The position numbers and the translations under genes were made by a program. From Candidatus Hodarchaeota archaeon (lineage in GTDB: Archaea; Asgardarchaeota; Heimdallarchaeia; Hodarchaeales; Hodarchaeaceae), in assembly GCA_016840035.1 (NCBI GenBank), contig JAEOTC010000077.1, positions 20,053-84,052 of the forward strand: DNA of 64,000 nt. The letters run 5' to 3'. The notes beneath the pieces were generated by a model that worked only from the letters and a program-made list of their open reading frames with translations, had not been told where the DNA came from and ran no database searches. Positions 47,758 to 56,803 of the stretch are shown here, piece after piece. The first letter of the stretch is position 1. Each line of letters starts with the position of its first letter.

Positions 47758-47820
47758 AATTTTGACCTCTTTTTGTGGTTGATGAAGGATATTCCTCTCT
47801 TTCTGAGTAGGTGGTTTTAA

Positions 47821-49905
47821 CTATTTCTTCAGTCTAAAAATCTCATCTAAGGTTTCTTGAAGAGTCGTATCATTTCCATGGAGGAGATAGATAGAGATTA
47901 ATGGTAATAATTTAGCCAATAATTTTTCCCATTCACCCTCTGAATTCAGGTGTTGTTTCTCGTTAAATTCCTGAACTTCGCTTTGGATTTCTCTAAATAC
48001 ATGCTTTCCATTCCCTTTATTTCTCAAATGATCATTTTTCGTCATTTTTTTGGCTACTATAATAATATCAATATCGGTTCCAGCCACAGGTCGCGCTTGG
48101 AATTCACTTATAACAGGGAATGCCCTTTCAAGTACAAATTTGCTTTCATTTAAAGCTCTGATGATCAAAGCCCATGCTTTTGAATTTGAATGGTGAAAAG
48201 TGAATATCAACTGTGAATCTTCTTTTAATACGCGATGACACTCTTTAAAGACCTCAATTAATTGAGAAACAAATAATTTCTTATTTTTCTGCAGTCCAAT
48301 CTCTTCATCATTGACAATTGTAGATGCTTTAAACCAGGGATATGTTGTTTGTAAGATTTGCTGCAGCCATACATAGAAAAAGCTTGCCAACTCAGAATAT
48401 TGTATATAATCAAAGTATGGGGGATCTGTTAAGACTAAATCAATTGATTGATCTGGAATTCCATATTTTTTTAAATCGACTGATGTCCCTGATATTAGAA
48501 GTGTATCCGAATAAGTACTGCTGACAAGTTCTTGGAAATTCTCCATATTTCTCGCAAATATGCGATCACCCACTATAGGAACTCGTTTAATCTTATTATC
48601 CTGCATTATTATCTCAAATGGAGCTTCACAATATGCTTTTGCTCTTTGTATTCTTTCCAGATAAGTTACATAAGTTCCATTTCCTTTATCGGTTCCCCAG
48701 ACGTTATTCTCAACATATTGCAAAGGTACCAGAAAGGATTGAAAATTAAATACATTTACGATTTGTTTCATCGTATAGTTATAGGGGCAAATCACAGTAT
48801 GGAATTCTAAACAACTTGAAAATGCGCTCAGAAAAAACTCCTTTAGATTCTGATCAGTAATTGAAGAGATTGACTCTAGAAGTAAACTCAAACAATAAAG
48901 CTGTCGAGCATTAAATAGATCAGAATAGTACTTAAATCCATAATTTTTAAGATTTTTAACATTCGGACCATGAGGAGGGAGTTTTTCTCGCGGAAAGAGT
49001 AGAATATCTTTCTGTTCTTCAAACAAACTTTCTACTCTCTCATAATTCAAAATATCTTGTTCATTGACCGGTTTATATCCGCGGAACTTGCATTTCTTAC
49101 AGTAAAATTCGATAGCGATTTGTCTCGAAGAAAATGATTTGAAATCCTGTTTAATTATATCCACTAAACGATGTTCACTCTTGCATTTGGTGCATGAAAA
49201 TATTTTTTTTCTACAGTTTCCCACTCTCGGAATAAAACTTTGTCCACACTTTGTACAATGTGTTTGTGAATCAAGACTTTCTGTAGAGTAGAATAGGCCA
49301 TCACATTTTGGACAAATTACACATGTCTCTATACTCTTGCGTTGTTTTTTACCTATTATGTAATATTTGAATAGATCTTCACGAGACCGACAATCAGGAC
49401 ATTGAATCGTACGGACCCAGAAAGTATACATAATATCAGCATGTGTAGACCCACATTCAGAACATTCCGTTTGATAAAAACCCTTAATTCGTTTCCCAAC
49501 ATTATTAGCGATAGAATTCCAAGTATCTATGAATTTTTCTTTATTTAATTGATCCAGTTCTTTTTTTGTTGTGAACCAAGCAACTGGATTCAGATCAATC
49601 CCTATAGACTTTACTCCAAGCCTATTAAGCTCAACTAAGCTTGTTCCACCGCCACAAAAGGGGTCTAACATTATTGTATCTGAAAAGTTATGGTTTTTGT
49701 AGAATGATCCCTCTTCATTTTCCGTAGAGCTAAAAAGAGGAAGATCGGAAAAGTAAGCTAAACCCAAAGCCCTAAATGTAGATCCAGGCCGTCGTGCCCA
49801 AGATTTGTGAATTGAATATACAGGTCGATAGAATTGTCGCCTTTGTGATTCGACTTTTGCAATCTTTTCAACTAGGTTTATTGGGAAATTTTCACCAATG
49901 GGCAC
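47821..49905 (-). CDS. Zn-ribbon-containing adenine-specific DNA methyltransferase (COG1743 / DUF1156-type), paralog A
   Basis: FYRPVYSIHKSWARRPGS, LDPFCGGGTS, CxxC pairs (CSEC, CPDC, CPKC, CTKC, CTKC, CKKC), and LVLTDPPYFDYIQY. Confidence 0.85.
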   Translation of the reverse strand: MPIGENFPINLVEKIAKVESQRRQFYRPVYSIHKSWARRPGSTFRALGLAYFSDLPLFSSTENEEGSFYKNHNFSDTIMLDPFCGGGTSLVELNRLGVKSIGIDLNPVAWFTTKKELDQLNKEKFIDTWNSIANNVGKRIKGFYQTECSECGSTHADIMYTFWVRTIQCPDCRSREDLFKYYIIGKKQRKSIETCVICPKCDGLFYSTESLDSQTHCTKCGQSFIPRVGNCRKKIFSCTKCKSEHRLVDIIKQDFKSFSSRQIAIEFYCKKCKFRGYKPVNEQDILNYERVESLFEEQKDILLFPREKLPPHGPNVKNLKNYGFKYYSDLFNARQLYCLSLLLESISSITDQNLKEFFLSAFSSCLEFHTVICPYNYTMKQIVNVFNFQSFLVPLQYVENNVWGTDKGNGTYVTYLERIQRAKAYCEAPFEIIMQDNKIKRVPIVGDRIFARNMENFQELVSSTYSDTLLISGTSVDLKKYGIPDQSIDLVLTDPPYFDYIQYSELASFFYVWLQQILQTTYPWFKASTIVNDEEIGLQKNKKLFVSQLIEVFKECHRVLKEDSQLIFTFHHSNSKAWALIIRALNESKFVLERAFPVISEFQARPVAGTDIDIIIVAKKMTKNDHLRNKGNGKHVFREIQSEVQEFNEKQHLNSEGEWEKLLAKLLPLISIYLLHGNDTTLQETLDEIFRLKK

Positions 49906-50144
49906 AATCTATTCACCTATTTTATTCACAACGAAGTTTTAACTTTGCCATCAGAACTCTTAATTTTATTTTTTGATATTTTGGAGATTGAAAGACACCT
50001 TAAAATATTTAACGAGTATATTCTCAACGTAATCAGAAATTTCATTAATTGTAAATTTAATGGTGTTTTACCATCGGAATTCCTGTTATCAGATCTATAA
50101 AAAAAGGGGATCTCCCATCAGTTGAACGGCTATATATTCAATGC

Positions 50145-50945
50145 ATGGGTGATTTCGAATATCCATCCCAGAAAGCTAATTTTTATTCCTATATTTCAAC
50201 GAATCGTGATCTAATTAAGATTTCTGAAGAGCCTTCGGGTATTATTTCAGGATTTGCCTTTGGTCATATAACTAATCAACAAAAAGCAAGAATTAGAGCG
50301 ATTTTTGTTGAATCTACTTGGAGAAATAAAGGAACTGGAACAAAACTACTGAAATCACTGGAAAGTGAGTTCTTAACTCGAAATCCTAGTCTCACTTACT
50401 TATCTGTGCGTATTCCAGAAGAATATTTCACATCTCAACCCTTTTTTGAAAATCTAAATTTTGAAATAGTTACCAAGATAAATGGATACGTAACGAATAA
50501 TCTCTCCTTTCCTTTCTCAGTTAATAATCAGATTTCCGTTCGAAAAGCAAAGAAATCTGACATTGAGAGTATCATGCAAGTTGAGAAAGAATGTTTTTCA
50601 AAATTTTGGCAGATTGGCCCGGCAAGATTTGCACAAATGATAAATGAAAAAACTGAAATCTTATTTGTTGCTCTTTTGAACAATAAAGTTCTCGGTTATA
50701 ACTTTAATACGGTATCTCATCGCTATCAGAGTGGTAACTATGTTCGAATTGCTACTCTCCCTGAATACAGACAAAAGAACATCGCAACTACTCTTACTGC
50801 TCATGCTTTCAAATGGTTCCAGTCTATGCGGGTCAAGGAGATAATTCTTTCGACTTATGCAGATTCTTCTTTTCATAACTCGATGTATCAGAAATGGGGA
50901 TTCTCAAAGTATGAGGAAGAAATCATCCTTGCACGAGAATATTAA
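50145..50945 (+). CDS. tandem GNAT N-acetyltransferase (N-terminus probably extends upstream of the first ATG)
   Basis: Two acetyl-CoA motif-A regions (IFVESTWRNKGTGTKLL and IATLPEYRQKNIATTL). The upstream in-frame sequence IRSIKKGDLPSVERLYIQC mirrors the start of domain 2 (VRKAKKSDIESIMQVEKEC). Confidence 0.75.
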   Translation: MGDFEYPSQKANFYSYISTNRDLIKISEEPSGIISGFAFGHITNQQKARIRAIFVESTWRNKGTGTKLLKSLESEFLTRNPSLTYLSVRIPEEYFTSQPFFENLNFEIVTKINGYVTNNLSFPFSVNNQISVRKAKKSDIESIMQVEKECFSKFWQIGPARFAQMINEKTEILFVALLNNKVLGYNFNTVSHRYQSGNYVRIATLPEYRQKNIATTLTAHAFKWFQSMRVKEIILSTYADSSFHNSMYQKWGFSKYEEEIILAREY

Positions 50946-50959
50946 GGCCTTTAATACTC

Positions 50960-51583
50960 TTACTGTCGAAGTGTACAATAAATCTGATTTACATAACTAT
51001 TTTGTTCCATTATTTCCATAGAAATGAAATCAGTTGTTTCCAAATAAAATGAACGTCGGAATCTTGGACTTAAATTTACAAGAAGGAATGGTAATGAACT
51101 CATTAAAATCCCCCCATGGCAAACAACTAACAGTCGAACATTTGAATTCTTTGAATATCTCTCTCTTACGTACTCTATGAAATCTTTGATCCTCGAAATT
51201 ATTTGAACAAGTGATTCTCCCTCTGAGATAGATGCATGAAGATCATCAGCTTCAAACCATTTTTTCCACAATTCAAAAAATAATTCCCAGCTTTGGGCAT
51301 CTTTCTTCCCCTCCAACACACCTACATTAAATTCAATTAATCTATGATCAATTTCATACCTCACCCCGAATATTCTGCTTAGAATCTCTGCTGTTTCCAC
51401 TGCTCGTTTAAGAGGACTAGTGTAGATTTGTTTAAATCCTGAAAATTTATCATTTAAAACATCAACTAAAGAATTAACCTGTTTAACTCCCCTAATCGTG
51501 AGTCCATGCCTGTAACCTGTATTAGAGAAGATCTTCTCAATATTAGCATTACTTTCTCCGTGTCGAATGAAAATCAGTTCCAA
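50960..51583 (-). CDS. histidine phosphatase (phosphoglycerate mutase) family protein
   Basis: MELIFIRHGESNAN (RHG motif) and a later CHGG histidine context. Confidence 0.85.
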   Translation of the reverse strand: MELIFIRHGESNANIEKIFSNTGYRHGLTIRGVKQVNSLVDVLNDKFSGFKQIYTSPLKRAVETAEILSRIFGVRYEIDHRLIEFNVGVLEGKKDAQSWELFFELWKKWFEADDLHASISEGESLVQIISRIKDFIEYVRERYSKNSNVRLLVVCHGGILMSSLPFLLVNLSPRFRRSFYLETTDFISMEIMEQNSYVNQIYCTLRQ

Positions 51584-51631
51584 AGATCCATCTCTTTCAA
51601 CGTAGTGTTCTTTTTGATAATATCTCTTCCG

Positions 51632-53023
51632 TTATTTGCGGTATTTAGCAGAACCGAACGTTGCCATTAAATCAAGAACCTTTATTGCAGTTCTGATATT
51701 ATCATAAACAACGCCTCCTTCCGAACGAATTTGGGAAGTCCATTGAGATTTAATCGAATGATCTCCTACAATATAGGTGACAATTGGTTTTCTGTATTTC
51801 CGCATTTCTTGTATAACAGAAGGATTAAAAGTGATAGCGACTTGCATTGCTGCAATCATTAAAATTAACATGTCAATTTCATTGCTTTTGAATAGAATGG
51901 GAATTATCTGCCGTAAAGCTTCATCTAATCCATGGATTTCAAATGCTGGCCATGAATCGAGTGGATTTTTTGGAGGCATCCACTTAGGAAAAACTTCTTC
52001 CAATTGTTGTGTAGTGCTTTTGGAAAATTCTGGAATTTTTATGTCATAATTTGCAGCAATGTCAGCCCCAATGACTCCTCCTGCACCAGTTATTGTTACA
52101 ATTGCAAGTCTATTACCAGTAGGAATAGGTAATTTATCAAAAGCTTCAACAATATTAAAAAATTCACCGAATTCAGATGCAGAAATAATTTTTGATTGTT
52201 TTAGTAGATCTGATAATAATTTAGGAGAACCATGGGCAGTACTTGATGTATGACTTAGGGCTGCAGATCTACCCACCTCTGATTGGCCACCCAGTAAGCA
52301 AATTAATGGTCTGGATTTTGTAAATTGTTTAGCAAGCGAAAGAAATTTCCTAGGTCTTTTTAATCCCTCAAGATAGAAAGCAGCCACGGTAGTCTCCTCG
52401 TCATCTAAAAAGTCCTGCAATAAATCACTTTCATCAACATCAATTCGATTCCCAATAGAGGCTGCTTTACGAATACCTACAGCTCGTTCCGTAAAGAACT
52501 GTAAGATAACTGCTCCTGAAAAATATCCCGATTGACCTACAATTGAGATACCCCCTGTTCGTCTCATATCTGCAGAAATTGGTTCAAATGTTGTAATTAA
52601 TTCATCTGTAATAGTACCCATACAATTTCCTCCCCAAATACGTATGTGATATTCCTTACCAAGACGACCAATTTGCTCTTGAAGTTTTCTTCCTTCCTTT
52701 CCAATTTCTGCAAAGCCTGCACTCTCAATAATAATTCCTCTAACTCCTTTCTCATGACATTCCTTAAGTAATGAAGGAATAATCTTGGGAGCTATAAAAC
52801 AAATAACTAAATCGATTTTCCCTGGGATATCCAACAATGAATGAAAAACTTTCAAGCCAAGAATATCTTTTGCCTTTGGATTGACAGGAAAAATCTTATC
52901 TGTTTTAGAAAATGACCAAAGAACATTCTTTAATATACCATAACCCGCTTTTTTGCTGTTTCGACTCACCCCAACAACTGCAATCGATTCTGGTTGAAAA
53001 AAGCATGAAAGATCGGACTGCAT
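51632..53023 (-). CDS. acyl-CoA synthetase (ADP-forming) alpha-type subunit: CoA-binding plus SCS-like domains
   Basis: PESIAVVGVSRNSKKAGY, FPVNPK, IIIESAGFAEIGKEG, GGNCMG, and the phosphohistidine context ALSHTSS. No ATP-grasp beta domain is adjacent. Confidence 0.8.
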   Translation of the reverse strand: MQSDLSCFFQPESIAVVGVSRNSKKAGYGILKNVLWSFSKTDKIFPVNPKAKDILGLKVFHSLLDIPGKIDLVICFIAPKIIPSLLKECHEKGVRGIIIESAGFAEIGKEGRKLQEQIGRLGKEYHIRIWGGNCMGTITDELITTFEPISADMRRTGGISIVGQSGYFSGAVILQFFTERAVGIRKAASIGNRIDVDESDLLQDFLDDEETTVAAFYLEGLKRPRKFLSLAKQFTKSRPLICLLGGQSEVGRSAALSHTSSTAHGSPKLLSDLLKQSKIISASEFGEFFNIVEAFDKLPIPTGNRLAIVTITGAGGVIGADIAANYDIKIPEFSKSTTQQLEEVFPKWMPPKNPLDSWPAFEIHGLDEALRQIIPILFKSNEIDMLILMIAAMQVAITFNPSVIQEMRKYRKPIVTYIVGDHSIKSQWTSQIRSEGGVVYDNIRTAIKVLDLMATFGSAKYRK

Positions 53024-53134
53024 AATTATTCCTCAATTACAAATTACTGAAAGCTCTTTATCCTTGGAAATATAAGAGTTTCAATAACTAGCTTAAAATA
53101 AGTATTTTATCCAATCGATTTGTTGAGATGAAAA

Positions 53135-53719
53135 ATGGCCCAACGAAAGGATCAATCAGTCCAAAGCGGGGAATTTTATCCCTCTAAAGACAAAATAATT
53201 ATCTATAGATGCGAAGTGAAAAATACCAAAGGCTTTCTTAGAGATGTATTATTGTCAACAGTAATTGTTGGATTTTTCTCCTTTTTTCTATTGGAATGGT
53301 ACGCATTACTGGTTGTACCCATGAGTTGGCCGTTTCTTGTGCAATATTCACTCCCAAATCATTACCAATCTCTTCAATTTAACAAATATTCATTCCTTTT
53401 TGCTAAAGGTTCGTTAAAGAATCTTCTTCTTTCACAATCTTTGTATAAATGGAAAAAATTTCAATACGGAGATATTTTTCACATTCGTTTCAATAAATGG
53501 GAGAAAAGAAAACGAGGAGGAGTAAAAGATCAATTCGGGAAAATCGAAATAAAACTCGACCACGACTCACCCATTTTTCATTTCTTGATCACATCAAAAG
53601 ATTTAGCTCAAATTGTAAAGATTTTTGATACTCACCGGTTTCAATCTAAAGTTACCAAAAAGCGATCACGAGGGGAGCTCATGTTAATATTCCCCTTATC
53701 TCCTCGCTATAATACTTGA
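53135..53719 (+). CDS. hypothetical membrane-associated protein
   Basis: 194-aa ORF with two adjacent hydrophobic helices near the N-terminus. No motif was recognised. Confidence 0.4.
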   Translation: MAQRKDQSVQSGEFYPSKDKIIIYRCEVKNTKGFLRDVLLSTVIVGFFSFFLLEWYALLVVPMSWPFLVQYSLPNHYQSLQFNKYSFLFAKGSLKNLLLSQSLYKWKKFQYGDIFHIRFNKWEKRKRGGVKDQFGKIEIKLDHDSPIFHFLITSKDLAQIVKIFDTHRFQSKVTKKRSRGELMLIFPLSPRYNT

Positions 53720-53803
53720 ATCTAGTTTAAAAATTCTGTATAGAGATGTGAACATCGTCACAATGTTTATAATTGCTACCAATTATAATTTCGTGAGATT
53801 CGA

Positions 53804-54970
53804 ATGCCATCAAAAGAACTTCTCACCCTTAATTTCATTTTAATATTCATTTTATTCCTCAATTTTGACTTGGGAGGAACAAGGGCTGATTTAAATATTG
53901 TAGAACTCCCATGGAATCTTCAACAAATCGATATTGCCCGTGCTTGGAATATAACACAAGGAAGTGAAGACATTGCTGTCGCGGTTATAGATACAGGGGT
54001 AGATTTTTCACATCCAGCCTTAGTATCTTCTCAATGGATTAATAACAGAGAAATTGCAAATAATTCTATAGATGATGATAATAACGGTTACATTGACGAT
54101 TATAGTGGATGGGATTGGGTAAACAGCGACAATAATCCTGGTTGGCAATTTGATGATGAGATTCATCATCATGGGACTTTTATTGCAGGAATAATTGCTG
54201 CAAATAATTCTGAAGTCGTTGGAATTGCTCCAAAAGTGAAAATAATGCCTTTACGAGTAGTAGATGAAGCAAAACTTATTCCCAATCCACAGGGATTAGA
54301 AAACTCAGTGGAATATGCAGTTAAGAATAATGCATCAGTCATCATAATGAGTCTTGACCTTTTAATAGGCCCTCCAGGATTTCGTGATAGCCTTCGATCT
54401 GCAATTAGCGCAAACATACCGATAATTGGAGTAGCAGGAAATTCTGATTACGGAAATGAATCAATAGTTTTACCTGGACGTTTTCCTGAAGTCATTGCAG
54501 TTGGTGCTTCAAATCCTAATAAAGAAAAAGCAGATTACAGCAATATTGGTGAAGAAATCGAAATCCTAGCACCAGGAGGACAACAAGGAATTGGTCAAAT
54601 TAGGAGTACCTCCATTCAAGGAGGTTATCGTGTTGGATTTGGTACATCATACGCAGCTCCCCATGTTGCTGGTGTTGTCGGACTTATAAAATCAATAAGA
54701 AATGATCTTTCTGTCGAAGACATCCGTTCCATACTTCATTCTTCCGCTCAAGATCTAAATGATGTTGGGTGGGATCAAGAAACTGGTTTTGGATTACTCA
54801 ACGCATCAGCTGCCCTCGAACTCACACAGGTTTATGAAACGATAATCGCGACAACTACAACTCGTCCCCCTGGTCTCTTTGGGATTTCATTCACTTCTCA
54901 CTTTGGATTTATATTGGTTTTAATGCTAATAACACTATTTTTTAGAAGAAAACGACGCATAAGCTCTTAG
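53804..54970 (+). CDS. secreted subtilisin-like serine protease (S8) with C-terminal TM/sorting tail
   Basis: Signal-like N-terminus. Catalytic triad contexts AVIDTGVD, HHHGTFIAG and GTSYAAPHVAG. C-terminal tail TTTTRPPGLFG plus a hydrophobic helix plus RRKRR. Confidence 0.9.
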   Translation: MPSKELLTLNFILIFILFLNFDLGGTRADLNIVELPWNLQQIDIARAWNITQGSEDIAVAVIDTGVDFSHPALVSSQWINNREIANNSIDDDNNGYIDDYSGWDWVNSDNNPGWQFDDEIHHHGTFIAGIIAANNSEVVGIAPKVKIMPLRVVDEAKLIPNPQGLENSVEYAVKNNASVIIMSLDLLIGPPGFRDSLRSAISANIPIIGVAGNSDYGNESIVLPGRFPEVIAVGASNPNKEKADYSNIGEEIEILAPGGQQGIGQIRSTSIQGGYRVGFGTSYAAPHVAGVVGLIKSIRNDLSVEDIRSILHSSAQDLNDVGWDQETGFGLLNASAALELTQVYETIIATTTTRPPGLFGISFTSHFGFILVLMLITLFFRRKRRISS

Positions 54971-54979
54971 CTGGCCCTT

Positions 54980-56620
54980 TTAATCCCCATTTGCGCACGA
55001 AAGGGATGTGCGAAATAGTCCAAGTTTATGTCGTGAGCCAGAGTGGATTTCAACCTCTTCCACATCGATTATCCCACTCTCATATACTGAAATGACATTG
55101 TAAGAGTTCAGACGACGTGATCGGATTTTCTTGCTCGAAAAGGTTCCTGCATTAACAAATACCGTTTTTTCCACTTGCATTGTTGTAGCATAATGCTCCA
55201 ATCCTGATAAAACAAGGGGTACATTATGAGATGTTAAAAATTGAATAACATCGCCTGCATCCTTTACTGCTCTTTTGAAGTAACTTCGTGGAATAGGTAG
55301 AACAGAATGATGCATGGCTACCAGGAAAAATTTGTAGCTGCTATAACAATCATATTCATGCTTTATCATACGCATGCGACTACGGCCCACATGACCTGAT
55401 GAGTCAGCACCTGTATTAATTCCAAGAACCCGAACAGTAGGATCCTCATATATTGGATCTAGGGGGCCAACCTGTTGTACCCATAATTCTCTTCCAAATG
55501 GTTGTAAATCTCGAGTGCCAGGAACAATAAGAAATGGTACACTATACTCCCTCAATTCACGGATTTTTTGTTTAGCTAAGGCAAAATCCTCTGGATAGGA
55601 ATCATTTGTGAGGTCCCCTGTATGAATTAAGACATTAGGATTTTCTCGTAGCATCATTTTAATGCCTAAATCATATATTTTTGGTAAAAAGTCATTTCCA
55701 TTGGTAAAGTGTGTATCAGAGAACTGACAGATTTTTGTTATCAAGTTTTCGCCAGGAACTAAGTAACTTGATTGTATCGCTAGCTCTCCCTTCCATATTT
55801 GCTGAGTTTGTTGATTAGCAGTTAAAAATTTTGAATATGTATCAATTCCATGGAATTGTACATTTATATCTTTATCTTTGACAATAATATCGACAAATGT
55901 ATGTCCTGCGGTGCCCCTAGTCTTAAAACTGCTGAAAGTACCTGAATTTATCAGTAATGCTCTTCGCTCACCATTTGATAACGAAAATATATTTGGATAA
56001 TGTCTATGTGCCGTAATTAAAACATCTATACCTGCTTTCCAGATAACCTGAGAAACATCTCCTGCATCTAGGATCATTGATCTTTCTCTTCCGGTTGAAG
56101 GTATCGGTAATAAATGATGATGGAAGCAAAGTATTTTTAAGACATCGTCAGGAATTGTTTCGAGTTCTGCAATGGCTTCAATACCACGATCCCCAATTCG
56201 TCCAATATTTTCATCTGGTTCGGAGGAATCAATCCCCAAGATGACCATATTTCCCCCAGTTTCCCGTGTATCAATGAAAAACTGTCTTTCCCCAAAGAAT
56301 CTCTTCCAGAGTTGATCCCCGATATTCCTCATGTCATGATTACCAGGAATTGTATATAGTTCTCCAACAGTAGGAAAATGAGTTTGAAGGATTTCCTTTG
56401 ACAATTCAAAATCTTCGAACGTTCCTGAGTCTGTAATGTCACCTAGATGTAACACTAAGGCCTTCGGGTTCTTTTTCAACCGTTTATTAATTAAAATTGC
56501 TCCTGTTTCAAACGCATCTTGATGAAACAAACCAGTGAACTTTGAAATATGTGTATCAGAAAATATTAATAATTCTTCAAGTCTGGACTTTCTTTTAGAT
56601 CGTTTCCCTATCTGAATCAC
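54980..56620 (-). CDS. tandem (duplicated) calcineurin-like metallophosphoesterase
   Basis: Domain 1: FSDTHIS, LGDITD, PGNHD, FHHHL, AHRH. Domain 2: FSDTHFT, TGDLTN, PGTRD (degenerate GNHD), MHHSV, SGLEH. Confidence 0.8.
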   Translation of the reverse strand: MIQIGKRSKRKSRLEELLIFSDTHISKFTGLFHQDAFETGAILINKRLKKNPKALVLHLGDITDSGTFEDFELSKEILQTHFPTVGELYTIPGNHDMRNIGDQLWKRFFGERQFFIDTRETGGNMVILGIDSSEPDENIGRIGDRGIEAIAELETIPDDVLKILCFHHHLLPIPSTGRERSMILDAGDVSQVIWKAGIDVLITAHRHYPNIFSLSNGERRALLINSGTFSSFKTRGTAGHTFVDIIVKDKDINVQFHGIDTYSKFLTANQQTQQIWKGELAIQSSYLVPGENLITKICQFSDTHFTNGNDFLPKIYDLGIKMMLRENPNVLIHTGDLTNDSYPEDFALAKQKIRELREYSVPFLIVPGTRDLQPFGRELWVQQVGPLDPIYEDPTVRVLGINTGADSSGHVGRSRMRMIKHEYDCYSSYKFFLVAMHHSVLPIPRSYFKRAVKDAGDVIQFLTSHNVPLVLSGLEHYATTMQVEKTVFVNAGTFSSKKIRSRRLNSYNVISVYESGIIDVEEVEIHSGSRHKLGLFRTSLSCANGD

Positions 56621-56803
56621 TTCCTGATAATAAATAGTTCCTTATTTGGGGATTGGAAGATAAATTTAACTTAAAGAATGATATTCGCTTCTTTGAATTT
56701 ATATAGTTCTTCCTTTATGTTAATAAATACTCCCTTTTCTATGCTACTAACAGTAATCGTAAAACAAGCGATTGACCATTATCGTTACCTTGGAGAGAAA
56801 TTC

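Noticed and set aside
45029-49905. Classical restriction-modification system around the paired MTases
   Set aside because: No ORF with nuclease motifs (PD-(D/E)XK, HNH, GIY-YIG), no specificity subunit and no helicase lies adjacent. The only intervening gene is thymidine kinase.
44258-49905. 7-deazaguanine (Dpd-like) DNA modification system, suggested by the YhhQ-type preQ0/preQ1 transporter next to DNA MTases
   Set aside because: No TGT/DpdA-like transglycosylase, DpdB/C or QueC/D/E genes are present in the window. In archaea the transporter is more simply explained by archaeosine precursor salvage.
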